This document shows, piece by piece, positions 12,710-25,420 of a stretch of 64,000 nt of DNA. A program made the translations under genes and the position numbers. The DNA comes from Octopus sinensis. Lineage: Eukaryota. Below the pieces are notes generated by a model. That model was given only the letters and a program-made list of their open reading frames with translations, was not told the DNA's origin and did not search any database. The first letter of the stretch is position 1, and each line of letters opens with the position of its first letter. The stretch lies in NCBI RefSeq assembly GCF_006345805.1, contig NC_043002.1:70680001-70744000 (forward strand). The letters run 5' to 3'.

Positions 12710-12758
12710 GCAGATATACATATATATATATGCATATTTACAAACAAATATATATCCA

Positions 12759-12817
<59 letters not shown>

Positions 12818-12826
12818 ATATATATA

Positions 12827-12863
<37 letters not shown>

Positions 12864-13656
12864 CTATATACACACACATGCAAACAAATCCATACATACA
12901 CATACGTGCTTCCTGGTTTCTAGGACACTAAGCGCCTTCTGGACATATCCTGCATTATTCATCAAACCCTAATTGCACGTACCCACCTGCTTATTAATCG
13001 ACTACTTCTCGAAATTCTCCTGTTCTTAAACTCATTTGCGTCTAAACACAATTATATGTAGCTTTAATGGTTCACTATTAAAACTCCAATACTGCAGTAA
13101 CCAGCATTTGATCACATCGCCTTATAATACCAAATCACTCTCAACCGCTGAGCCCATACTCTGTTATATTCCTCTGAGTGCTGGAGAAAAGCAATTTATT
13201 TTGGCAATATAATTATATTCCATTCAACGACGGATAAATGCAATAACATTTAATGAATGAATTGATACAAATAGATCAACAAAGAAAAAAAATGGACAAA
13301 AATAATTTAATCCCTTAACTAGAGCATTTTATAAATTAGAACTTGAATATTTTCCAGGTTTTAAAGCAATGTGTGCTAATCAATGATCTGGTTAGTGATT
13401 TGATCCCAATGTAATAACAAAATGATGCTATTCACCGATCAAAGCTGTTCTGTGAGCGGATCAAAGCGGTTTTAATAAAACACACACTCGTATATTCACA
13501 GGTAGGCGCACATGCTCTTACACTAACACACGTGAGCCTGTGCACTCACACACGCACACAAATATGGATTTGAGAGGGAAAAAGCTAAATGATGTACGAA
13601 ATTAGATTTTGTGTTTGTCAATGAAACATTATTTCTTCCCTATGACGTCTAGTAAA

Positions 13657-13835
13657 CTGATGACGACGTTGATAATGATGATGATGTTGATGATGATGAT
13701 GATGATGATGAGGAGGAGGAGGATGATGATGTTGATGACGATGATGATGACGGTGAGGCTGATGACGACAATGATGGCAACGCTTACGATGATAAAGATG
13801 ATAAAGATTTAAGATGATAAAGATGACGACGACGA
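13657..13835 (+). repeat. Degenerate (GAT)n/(GAG)n/(GAC)n microsatellite
   Basis: Read directly from the sequence. Confidence 0.9.
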
Positions 13836-14158
13836 AGCCTTCAAACACTGTAAAATTGCAAATTACAATGACAACTACTGCAATATCTAGTTACTGCTGC
13901 TCTACAAATATCAAATGTTGCCTGAAACTATAACATTTTCTCTTACGTTCGGGACAGCGTTGCTCAGGGCAACGCGCAAATATCTCTGAGATTATTCACA
14001 AAAAGACTAATCGAAAGATTGAAAAAAGGTTAAATTACCAACATACAAGTGACTGTTATTTTTACTGCTTCGCGATCAGCGACGGTTCGTCACGAGAAAA
14101 AGCATATATAATATTTTGCGAGTGGGGTAAGTTTACATCACTAGCTGGTGATTAACAC

Positions 14159-14201
14159 ACACGCTGAGGACGGCTGACCACCCAGAAACTCGAGTCCATG
14201 T
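14159..14201 (+). ncRNA. Minimal type I hammerhead motif (degenerate)
   Basis: ACACG CTGAGGA CGGCTGACCACCCA GAAA C TCGA G TC CATGT; palindromic stem III. Confidence 0.6.
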
Positions 14202-14376
14202 CTACCACGTAAGGCTAGGGATGGGAGCCATGGCCTCCCCTCGCAAATACTAATAGAACAAAGAATGTGTGTCGTTGGTCGGCTTGGAAGAGAAGTCTTT
14301 CTAGGCTATAAACTCCAGTAGCACTGTCCAGTATAGGACGTCACACCACTTGGCTGGAATTTTATGTATGTATATA

Positions 14377-14442
<66 letters not shown>

Positions 14443-14450
14443 ATATTATA

Positions 14451-14543
<93 letters not shown>

Positions 14544-14554
14544 ATACATACATT

Positions 14555-14876
14555 GTGAAGGCGCGTGGCTCAGTTGTTAGGACATTCGACTCACAATCGT
14601 AAGGTCGTGAGTTCAATTGCTGGCTGCGCGTTGTATCCGTGAGCAAGACACTTTATTTTCACATTGCTCCAGTCCACTCACCTGGTAAAATGAGTAGTAC
14701 ATGTGTTTCAAAGATCCAGCCTTGTCAGACTCTGTGTCACGCTGAATTTCCTTGAGAAGTACGCTAAGGTTACGTTACACATGGAGTGGTAAGCTACTTG
14801 CACGTTCATTTCACGGGTAAGCTGCTCCGTTGATCGTATCAGTTGGTATCCTCGTCGTCGTAACCAACGGAGTGCT

Positions 14877-14877
<1 letters not shown>
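14555..14877 (+). mobile_element. Family-C SINE, full length
   Basis: A/B boxes, GAGCAAGACACTT core, 3' end CCTCGTCGTCGTAACCAACGGAGTGCT. Confidence 0.85.
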
Positions 14878-14924
<47 letters not shown>

Positions 14925-14926
<2 letters not shown>

Positions 14927-15090
14927 TTTTCAATTTTGGCGCAAGGCCAGCCATGTCGCTGGAGGAGATAAATCAATTAAATCGATCTCAGTATTCAACT
15001 TATCGACCGCGATAACAAAATAGACTTCTGCTGAATTTGAACTCAAAACGTGAAGACGGGCTAAACATCGCTGAACATTGTGCCTTGTTG
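14925..15090 (-). mobile_element. Old family-D SINE
   Basis: Diverged TTTGAACTCA...GAAGACGG and GGCCAGC blocks, as in the 53-54 kb and 60 kb copies. Confidence 0.55.
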
Positions 15091-16023
15091 ATTTACTGGG
15101 AAACCAATGTTAACACGTGATGAATAGTGATCTAGAAATTATGTTGCACTGTATTATCCCATTCAAATTTTGCAATGGTAATGCTACACACATCAAACGA
15201 CCCTTGAGCGGTCTCAGTATATTAGCATCTTTTCTAAGAGGAAAGATTGCAAAAGCCTTTGGTTAGCCGTTCGCCCTTTAGAAAGAAGCAACATTCTAAG
15301 TGGTGCTTCTCGACCCTTTCCAAAATGCAAAGTAGCTGTGTCTGAATGAGAAATGAAAAGATCTCAGCACTTGATTGCTACTTATATACCGTGATGAAAA
15401 TTATAATAATGAGGTACCAAATTGGCGTTGGATTTATTTGAAACCTGAACTTATTAGAAGACAGAACATGTAACGAAACACACCACCATACTCTCTAATC
15501 ACTCTGTCATGTTGAAGCAGTTATATAGTTGAATGAAAATTTTAAATAATTCTTCTAATCAGCGTGTTTATACATATATACACGTATACATTAAGACTAA
15601 TCAGTTCTTAGACCTTCTTCTCACTAGCCATATCTTTAATGTTTTATTAACGATCACCGAAGTGCACAGTCACCACTGGAAAAATTGGGCTTCCAGCTGT
15701 CTGGTGATATGAGCTTTTACTTTAGAAATGTAACTGTCTGTCCTTTCGCAGCTTCCCACGAACTGAATATACACCACTCTTCATGATGTACTTTGTTGTT
15801 CCTTATTATTAACGATTCAAGAAGGATGAGTTAAATTAACAAAGAAGAACCCACTTGAGCCTAAACGATACTTTCATGATGATTAGTTGAACAAACTTTG
15901 GATGGCCGACTCTCTTAAAATGAAAGTCCGTTGTTTTAGTTAAATACTTCAATTCAATCATAAATTTTATTTTAATTAAATAAACTCCACAGACAAACCT
16001 TTAAACATTATATGTAGATATAA

Positions 16024-17024
16024 TCTATATATATAAAACTGTAGTTGTGTGAGTGTCTGTCCCCTTCTATTTAGATTCCTAACTACTCCCACATTTTGCG
16101 CTGCAGTTTAACCAAATTCGGGTATCTTATAGTCGTGATTCATATCGAGCCCGTCTGGGTATTAGCGCGCGCGTCTACGCTGAGTCTACGATTTTAAAAA
16201 TAATTTAACATCATTTTTATTCCATTTTAATGCATAATTTTTCGTGTGTCGATGGCGGCGGAGTTGGCGTCCATAGTCACACCTGCACCTGTGTTGCTTC
16301 TCCCCCTTCTTCCCTCCCTCGTGAAGCTGTGGGGAAGGGAGTGTAAGGAAATCAACGTCGTAAAGCGTTGTCAAGGAGTCCAGCGTTCTTTTAGAACAAC
16401 GACTTCATGGCTTGAAGTCGCCAAAACAGAAATCGCTAAAAAAGCTGAAACAGATCCACAAAAACGGCAATTACCGCCACACAGGGCAGGTTTCCTGTGC
16501 AAACAATTTGCACAACCGAATGTTTTAGTTGTTGCACAAATCTTTATATATAAAAGTAAGGTTGTGTGTCTGTCTCCTACGATTTAGATTCCTAACTACT
16601 CCCACATTTTGCGGTGCAGTTTAACCAAAACCGGGTATCTTATAGTAGTGATTCATATTGAGCCCTTTCTGGGTATTAGCGCGCGTCTACGATGAGTCTA
16701 CAATTAAAAAAAAATTACCATAATTTTTTATTCCATTTTAATGCATTTTTCGCTATTATATAAGGGAAGTAACTCTCTAAAAATGTCTACGATGAGTCAA
16801 CGATTAAAAAAAAATTACCATCATTTTTTATTTCATTTTAATGCATTTTTCGCTATTATATAAGGGAAGTAACCCTCTAAAAATGTCTACGATGAGTCAA
16901 CGATTAAAAAAAAATTACCATCATTTTTTATTCCATTTTTAATGCATTTTTTGCTATAACTCACTAAAAATGCTTATATAGTTATTTCCTTACAAACCCG
17001 AGCAACGCCGGGCGATACTGCTAG
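16024..17024 (+). mobile_element. Non-autonomous Helitron with a second 5' end at 16541
   Basis: A|TCTATATATATAAAA start; 3' hairpin CCCGAGCAACGCCGGG followed by CTAG|T; no TSD. Second start TCTTTATATATAAAAG at 16541; ~100-bp internal tandem repeats. Confidence 0.85.
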
Positions 17025-17307
17025 TAGACAATAAAAGTAACTGCTTCTGTTGTCATAAGACCGGCAATTTTTAAGGGTGTGGAATGTTTTAGTTCATATC
17101 ATCGTCCCCGGTACTTGACTAGTAGGTAGATGTTTAGACTGCAGTTGCATAAAATGCGAATCTGACCCTATCGGAAATTTTAGTTGTAACTTGAAAAGCG
17201 AGAAAAATATGTTAGGATATTTTTCTCATCGTAATGAGAAACAACAAACAAAAATAGGATTTGTGTTGGCTTAGGAAGTCTCACATTAAAATGTTATATT
17301 CCTTCCT

Positions 17308-17707
17308 GCAGGAGTGGCTGTGTGGTAAGTAGATTGCTTGCAAATGACATGGTTCCGGGTTCAGTCCCACTGCGTGGCATCTTGGGCAAGTATCTTCTAC
17401 TATAGCCTCGGGCCGACCAAAGCCTTGTGAGTGGATTTGGTAGACGGAAACTGAAAGAATCCCGCTGTATATATGTATATATATATATATGTATGTGGGT
17501 GTATATGCTTGTGTGTCTGTGTTTGTCCCCCCAACATCGCTTGACAACCGATGCTGGTGTGTTTACGTCCCCGTAACTTAGCGGTTCGGTAAAAGGTCCC
17601 GATAGAGTAAGTACTAGGCTTACAATGAATAAGTCCTGGGGTCGATTTGCTCGACTAAAGGCGGTGCTCCAGCATGGCCGCAGTCAAATGACTGAAACAA
17701 GTAAAAA
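17308..17707 (+). mobile_element. Family-A SINE, full length
   Basis: Complete head, body and tail. Confidence 0.92.
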
Positions 17708-17719
17708 GAATAGTAATAC

Positions 17720-19080
17720 TCGTACATGGTGGTAAGGATAATAATGGCTAACATAGCTGTATGTCATATTCTATGGAATATACGACGAATTGTAAATCAT
17801 GACGCAAAATGTATATTACAGTTGTTTCTGTTTGGAGACATATACTCCAACAACATTCCATGATATACTTATTTCTTATTACCTAATAATACTCTGTCAT
17901 TTGCACATTTTGTTATGTATTTTTATGTCTGGAAACTAATTTGATCAGAATCTTAAATGGCAGTTTCAATATGTGTGCAGCTGTAGTGAATTTGCGTATT
18001 GTAAATTTGTTCACAGTAAGTTTCTCTAGGCATCCTAAACATTTCCGAAGAAGTGTAAAATGCGAAAATATCGTTTAAGCAGTAGTATTGAGATTATTGA
18101 ATTGAGGATTGACCCTCTTACATTCATCAATATTCCATTCAGCTGGAATAATTTCATCTGCTCGAATCAGCATAAATTTACGAAAACTAGAAGGGGAAAA
18201 GAAACGAAAATTACACGTTTTGAATGATTTTAATCTCACAAACGATAACATTGATTTGGTTTTGGGATGGGTTAAAATGAACAAATGAATGTTTGTAGCA
18301 GATGATAGCTGAAATATTTTGTCTTGTTGATCCGATCTAATGGCTCATTAAACAACTTCTCAACGATTAACACTCTTTATGTATGCTATCTCTGTTATTG
18401 TTTTGGTGGCCTCAGTAAAAACGTCAATGCTGCAATTCGAGCTTTAGTCCCGGAATTGAGATTAGATTTTGAAACTACTCGGGGAAACTTGACTACAAAA
18501 ACCATGATCGTGGCAAGGTTGGTAGTGTAATGTGCATTCCATTCGAGATATTGTCCTACATTGCATCTGCAGTATTTAGAAAGAATGCTGTGTTTATCCA
18601 TGCATCTACTGTTCGAAATAATCTTTAGTAAAAATGTTATTTGGAAGCTCATCTAAGCGTGTACATCATTGATGAATTGATCACTTAACTGATCTTTTTA
18701 GGTTCCTTTCATAACAAAACAGTAATTATGAAATCGGTTCGATCATTTGTTAGAAACAAATTAAATGATTCACCTCTTATAATTTTTTCCAGTCGCCTGA
18801 GGTCATAACTTTCAAACTATTTCACAGTATTTGGTTTATATAGTTTTGAAATATGAAGCGAACAGCTTGTTTGTGATTGGTTTGTAATTGAGGTAAATTG
18901 CAAAACGCCTGTTATGTGAAACCTTGTTATTAAAAGCAAAATTAATGTTTTTACTAAGCTAGCCAACGAAAGAGTCTCCACACCGTCAGTCGATCTGCTA
19001 GAAAGAGCAAATAAATCTCCTTCAAATCGGGCGCCATCGACATAGTTTTGTATATAAGTGTTCTGCCTAGCAGCCATTTG
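17720..19080 (-). pseudogene. Possible decayed intronless coding sequence, family unknown
   Basis: Non-repetitive, protein-like translation starting at ATG 19077 and hopping frames (MAARQNTYIQNYVDG..., NINFAFNNKVSHNRRFAIYLNY, LDELPNNIFTKDYFEQ, FRKFMLIRADEIIPAEWNID); many stops. Confidence 0.3.
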
Positions 19081-19259
19081 GTTTCTGATTTGAACTACGG
19101 CATTGTACGAAAGGGCCAGAATTCCAGGAGATGAAACTGAAACACTATAAGAAATAAAGCTTCAAGAGTTCAGCTGCAGATTATTCGTGCTTCCCCAAAT
19201 ATGTTATAAAAATTTCAAACACGAAAGACACACGCGCACATATGCAAAGCCCGCTTGTC

Positions 19260-19333
<74 letters not shown>

Positions 19334-19340
19334 GATGATG

Positions 19341-19372
<32 letters not shown>

Positions 19373-19536
19373 TAATAATATATAATAATAATAATAATAA
19401 GCACAAGACCAAATATGTGGGACCGTAGTCATAACACCAAACGAACTTCCAACTTGTTGTCTCTTGAGGTCTCTGGGTGAGACTTGGAGCCAGCTTGTGT
19501 GCAAATGTAAAGCAAAAGTCAAACATAGAATAATAA

Positions 19537-19576
<40 letters not shown>

Positions 19577-19584
19577 TAATAATA

Positions 19585-19622
<38 letters not shown>

Positions 19623-19915
19623 TAATAATAAAATAATAATAATAATAATAATAACAGGGACATAGAATTACCAAACAGAGAGAGAATGTGAGACTCGGAT
19701 GATGGGTACAAGTATGTTGGGATCCTGGAGCTGGACAATATCTTGCACAGAAATGAAAAACAAGGTCAACACTGCATATTTCAAGTGCCTCAAATCTCTT
19801 GAAATCAAAACTCAACTCAAGGCAACATGTGACAGCCATCAACATATGAGCTGTTGCTGTAGTCTGCTATAGCGCACACATCCTGAAATGGACACGAGCA
19901 GAGATTAACCAATGA
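19260..19915 (+). mobile_element. R4/Dong-clade non-LTR fragments embedded in (TAA)n
   Basis: 19655-19915 translates, with frameshifts, to GYKYVGILELDNI...LKSKLNSRQHVTAINI*AVAVVCYSAHILKWTRAEI (R4-clade post-RT motif). 19400-19530 looks like a 3' UTR ending in (TAA)n. Confidence 0.7.
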
Positions 19916-20479
19916 ATTCCGATCACGAAGCGATGGGTGCGGTAGCTAACGTGATTGGTGCTGTAGGAAGGATACAAAAAAAAAACAGGATAATTCCCTA
20001 CAATAAACAAGGTAGGTCACATAAAATAGCAACAGATATTTTGCATACTAAATAATGAATCTGTTACTGAAGGAATTAGAAGCAAAAGTGTATAGTCACG
20101 GTTAAATACACGCACATACACACACGCACACACACACGCGTGCATACAGATATACACACATACAGATACATACGTAAGTAGTCAACTGCATATATACAAA
20201 ACACATACACACAGACATACAGACACACACATATATTTGTGTATCTATATACACTGTTATAATTTGGGACCGTCATACTGCCAACAAAATCGCGTGCTAT
20301 TTGTAGTTCACTTCAGATTTAATTTTCTCGTCAACTACCTAAACATACACTTTTTTAATAACCATCATCTGATCGTTTAGATGATTTCAAATTCCGTCAC
20401 TAATTCTACAAGATGATGGTAATGTCTTGAAACAGGCAACTTTAGGTATTTTCAATATTTCTATTCACTTACTTTAATG

Positions 20480-20740
20480 AATGATATTTTCAACGTGGTT
20501 TCCACCAATAGTGATGCGAAGTCCGATAAGCTTTTAGATTCAAATGAATCCAGTGCAACTTCACCCCTTTTCTGTCAGACTGAGTACACTCATTCACGAG
20601 ACATTCCTTCAGATGATTCATATCTGTGATTTTTGTGAGGTAGATCTTCTCCTTTATACCCCACCCCTGATAAAAAGAAACGAGGACCACAACGATATAA
20701 TTCCCAAGTCTTTGTAACCACTGTATCATGTATTATGCAT
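20480..20740 (-). mobile_element. Tc1/mariner-superfamily transposase C-terminal relic
   Basis: WGIKEKIYLTKITDMNHLKECLVNEC resembles the LWGxxKxxVY...LKxxI motif. Confidence 0.5.
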
Positions 20741-21256
20741 GCCACTGACAATGCCCACGAATGCCATGAAATAACAGTATAAAAGAGTTTTGTATTAATT
20801 TTACTACCCATTTCATATATGCACACACACCCACATCTGAAATCACAATGAAACACACAATCGTCACAAACGTCACTTATCATCTTAAACATCGTATTAC
20901 AAGAATCATGATAAAATAACATCAGTGTTTTATAATTTTACCACCATTACATACATGTACACACACACATACACACAAATCCTAAATACGAATCTAGAGA
21001 CCACACAAACACACACACACACACACACAGTCACACATACAAGCATTCACATACTAGTTATAAATTACACATTCACCTTATTTTGCTAGCACCATTAAAC
21101 ATAAATAATCAAATAAAAAAAGTTACCCAAATATATATATAACGAAAACAGTAATGACAAAATATATGCTTTTCAATATATAGTTGGTGCTTGACAATAT
21201 AACATGCACAAGAAAATCAGTCGGTGAATCTGAAACCATTTAAAATGTCGGTAGTA

Positions 21257-22560
21257 CAAGGTGATATCAAAGGGTTCCCCGACTAGTTACGCTTCATAAA
21301 AAAGTGACTTATTTATCTCAGGTTTAACAGCATCTCTTTCAGAATAGTCATCTTGCGTAGCAATACACCAGCCCCAGCATTCTTGCCATTTTTGGAATCC
21401 AGCCTAGAAGTTGTTTTCTGTAAGCGAGTCGAGAACATTCTGCGATTCGCCTTGGATCTTGACAACAGTGTTAAATCGGCGAACATTGAGTTACATTTTC
21501 ATCTTGAGGAAGAGATAAAAATCTGCAGCTGAATAGGACAGGTGTGGAAGCGATACCATTTTGTTTTTGGCGAGAAACTCACAAGCGAGGAGAGCTCGAT
21601 CAAGGGTCCAATTCTTCGCGCTCTATAGATCCAGTCGCTTTCACCGAATGTCCTCCCTGAAAAGTCTCAAAGCGTTGCAGTAGAACTCTCGATTGACGGT
21701 CTGGCCCTGGGAGACGAATTCTCGACGTACAATACCACATTTCCGGGGATGACTGTCGTGGCTGATCTTTCACATCGCTCATCGTCTTTTAGGAGTGTCC
21801 TTCTGCTTTTGAAGTGGCCGTACCACTCGAAAAATTGTCTATTGCCCAATGCCTCTTCGCTGTAAGCTTGCCGAAGCATCTTCAATGTCTCTGTAGCAGA
21901 CACCCAAGTTTAAATCAAAATTTCACGTTGGCTCTTTGCTCCTGTCCATGACAACATCGCAGACTACAATATGCACGTGATCACAAAAACACAAATTTCA
22001 GAACTTACTTCGTAAACACAGAAATGTCACTCGACTCATTGCCTCAAGAAGGTCACTGCTAGCGCTCATTGTGCATGCGACAGTGTACTACCATCTGTTG
22101 ATGCGTTACATACCTAGTCCTCTTTTACTTGTTTCAGTCAGTTGACTGCGGCCATGCTGGAGCACCGTCTTTAGTCGAGCAAATCGACCCGAGTACTTAT
22201 TCTTTGGGAGTCTAGTACTTATTCTATCAGTCTCTTTTGCCGAACAACTAAGTTACGAGGACGTAAACACACCAGCATCGATTGTCAAGCGATGTTGGGG
22301 GGACAAACACAGACACATAAACATATACACACACATACATATATATATATATATACATATATATACGACGGGCTTCTTTCAGTTTCTGTCTACCAAATCC
22401 ATTCACAAGGCTTTGGTCGGCCTGAGGCTATAGTAGAAGACACTTGCGCAAGGTGCCACGACGTGGGACTGAACTCGGAACCATGTGGTTGGTAAGCAAG
22501 CTACTTACAACACAGCCACTCCTACACCTAAAAGTCCGGAAACTTTTTGATACCACCTCG
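21257..22560 (-). mobile_element. Mariner relic with a family-A SINE (22119-22530) inserted at its TIR
   Basis: TIRs CAAGGTGATATCAAAGGGTTCCCCGACT / AGTCCGGAAACTTTTTGATACCACCTCG with TA flanks. HTH region SATETLKMLRQAYSEEALGNRQFFEWYGHFK...DDER. Confidence 0.85.
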
Positions 22561-22744
22561 TATGACAGAATGTTATGACCAATTATTAACAGCAAATTTA
22601 GTACAAAATCTGATGTTTAGCCGTATTTTTCCATCTGTTTATTGGTCTGTCTAATTCATCCAAAATACAATAAAGCTTACGCCACACAATTTTCACATAA
22701 AAATATAGCTCAAAGCAACGTCAAGCACGACAGTATAGTGCCAA

Positions 22745-22983
22745 GTGTAGTGGTCATTGTATTAGTTAGGTGAGGTAGTGACAGTGGTAATGCTTCTAAT
22801 ACTCATAGTAGTAGCAATAGGAATAGTTGTAGTAGTAGTAGTATTGTAGTTGTTGTTGTAACAGTAGTGGCAATAGTATTGGTGGTAGTAGTACTGATTA
22901 CAGTAGTCACAGAAGTATTAATAGCAGTCGTAGTATTTGTAGATGTAGCAGAAATAGATTGCAGCAGCATCAGCAGCAGCAGC

Positions 22984-23020
<37 letters not shown>

Positions 23021-23781
23021 TGCTGGTAGTAGTAGTAGTAGTATTAGCGGTGGTGGTGGTGATAGTCGTAGTAGTAGTAATAGTAGTGGTGGTGGTCTTG
23101 ATACTCGTTGGTACAATAAAGGCGGCGAGCTGGCAGAAACGTTAGCACGCCGGGCGAAACGCTTAGCGGTATTTCGTCTGCGTTACGTTGTGAGTTTAAA
23201 TTCCGCCGAGGTCGACTTTGCCTTTCATCCTTTCGGGGTCGATAAATTAAGTACCAGTTACGCACTGGGGTCGATGTAATCGACTTAATACCTATGTCTG
23301 TCCTTGTTTGTCCCCTCTGTGTTTAGCCCCTTGTGGGTAATAAAGAAATAGGTATTTCGTCTGTCGCTACGTTGTGAGTTCAAATTCTGCCGAGGTCGAC
23401 TTTGCCTTTCATCCTTTCGGGGTCGAGTAAATAAGTACCAGTTACACACTGGGGTCGATATAATCGACTTAATCCGTTTGTCTGTCCTTGTTTGTCCTCT
23501 CTGTGTTTAGCCCCTTGTGGATAGTAAAGAAATAGGTACTAGTACTAGTAGTAGTAGTGGTGGTAGTAGTAGTAGTAGTAGCGGTGATAGTGGTGGTAGT
23601 AGTAGTAGAAGTAGCAGTAGCAGTAGCGATGGTGGTGGTAGGTGTAGTAGTAGTAGTAGTAGTAGTCGTAGTAGTAGTAGCACTAGTTGTGGTGATTGTG
23701 GTACTAGTAGTAGTAGTATTAGTAAGTGTAGTCGTAGTAGTAGCGGTGGTGGTGGTGGTGGTGGTGGTGGTGGTGGTAGTA

Positions 23782-23841
<60 letters not shown>

Positions 23842-23850
23842 ATTCTTGCC
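22745..23850 (+). repeat. Degenerate (GTA/GTG/GCA)n tract surrounding a family-D SINE (23119-23537) with a duplicated 3' half
   Basis: Head AAGGCGGCGAGCTGGCAGAAACGTTAGC; the GGTATTTCGTCTG...TAAAGAAATAGG block occurs twice. Confidence 0.85.
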
Positions 23851-23899
23851 ATAAAACTTGAAGAGTATATTCGCATTTTATATTACAGCTAATAAAAAT

Positions 23900-25420
23900 A
23901 ACAGAAGACTAAATTTTTCGTTGTGCATAGTGATAGTTATTCTGGGAATTGCTGCATACATTGAACTCACATCGCACCCAGCTACCCATTTTCTCTTTTA
24001 CGAATCCATAGTTAATCTGCAGCTTGTATATATATATATATATATTAACATAAGTAGGTTTAACGATCCTCAACTGGCGACGAAAAGATAATACAGTCCT
24101 GTGTTATATGAACTTAGAACCATTTATCAATGAACTGAAGACAATTCACGTTAGTCAACAGAACTCCACCAACTGCACCTTTCACTGTTCTCTGTTGTTA
24201 AATAGATGTGGCATCTTTAACCTCACCTCATGAATATTGGAGACTATATGTAGTTTCAGCTGTTCCAGCTTCTGAATAGATAATGAAGCGGTTATCAAAT
24301 CTAAGACGATAAGAAAGTCAGAGTGAAGCTGACCTTCCTGGCTTAAGATGTCAGCTAATATTGTGATATTGTTAAACTGGTGCGGTGTTGTAGGCTTTAT
24401 CGTTGTACTCGTTATACGAAATGATACGTTGAAAAAATAAAGGGCATTTTACGTTTAGACAGGTAAGTGTGAATAATAATGAAATGCCATCCTCACAGCA
24501 CATATGCAGTGCGATAATCTGGTCATTATGTATCTAAACGTGGAATGTAATTTTAATGATCAAAAGCAACATTTTCAAGAGATTAATCCGGTGAAATGCA
24601 AACCATTGGTTAAATTAATTCACTTGGAGTATAGTAATTAATATAAAGAGGTGAAGAGGTGATGGAATACCAAGCCAGAGCAAATCGTATGTTTCTGCTT
24701 ACTTTAACACGGAAATTTCCGTTGCAAGCTGGTGCTGCATAAAGAAAATAAATTTGTTACATCCAGAACATGTTATCACAAATAAACATCATTTTGATCC
24801 GAGCATTATTCAATGCTACAGTCGAGAATCGTTGTTGATTAACTCGCTTAAACAGATGCGGTTGAACTACTAACGCTATTCTAAATATATTCAATGAATT
24901 TTAAAATTATACTGTTAGGTACGAATAAAGTTGAAGTTGCTAACTTTAACTTCTTATCTTCAAAGGTATAATTTGATATAAAATACAAATAGAGTATATG
25001 TATATTCATCAGTTGCAATTTGAATATCAAATAAAGTCTCGACTTATAAACCTAACTTAAAAAGAAAAAATACCCTTAATTATTATTTTTAAATAGTTTC
25101 AAGAATAGTATATATCCATTATAGCAGAGGATATTATGGCTGAGTGGAAAGAATACGCAAAATGAAGAAGAAACACGAGGAGAAATATACTACTAATGTT
25201 TACTATTGACACACCTACAACTTTAAGTTATTTGAAATTTATAATCTAGAAAACCTACAATAGTGTAGTTCTCAATTTCTCGAGACAGTAGAGTTGGTGA
25301 ATGATTGTATGAACTTGGAGTTTGTTATTTGGAGTGTTCAATTTATTTTCTTTAGAACTGCATTGAAATACATGTAGAGCTGTACTTTCGTAGCATTGAA
25401 ATGTGATTTATACTGTTGCA
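23900..25420. repeat. Local tandem-paralogous block, unit 1
   Basis: Colinear with 41560-43030 and with 45100-45345 plus 49140-49735. Confidence 0.85.

Noticed and set aside
13618-13848. His-rich protein
   Set aside because: Antisense of a (GAT)n microsatellite.
14212-14250. HDV-like ribozyme (GCCTCCCCTCGC)
   Set aside because: I could not assemble the P1/P2/P3 nested pseudoknot by eye.
23469-23892. Mucin-like poly-Thr/Ser/Val ORFs (also 641-888, 1018-1402, 22867-23145)
   Set aside because: They are translations of (GTA)n-type microsatellites with no gene structure.
24206-24279. Conserved + strand terminal exon (SLTSPHEYWRLYVVSAVPASE*) in the tandem unit
   Set aside because: The AG acceptor is lost in the 41.8-kb copy and most differences from the 45-kb copy are non-synonymous in this frame; not supportable as CDS.
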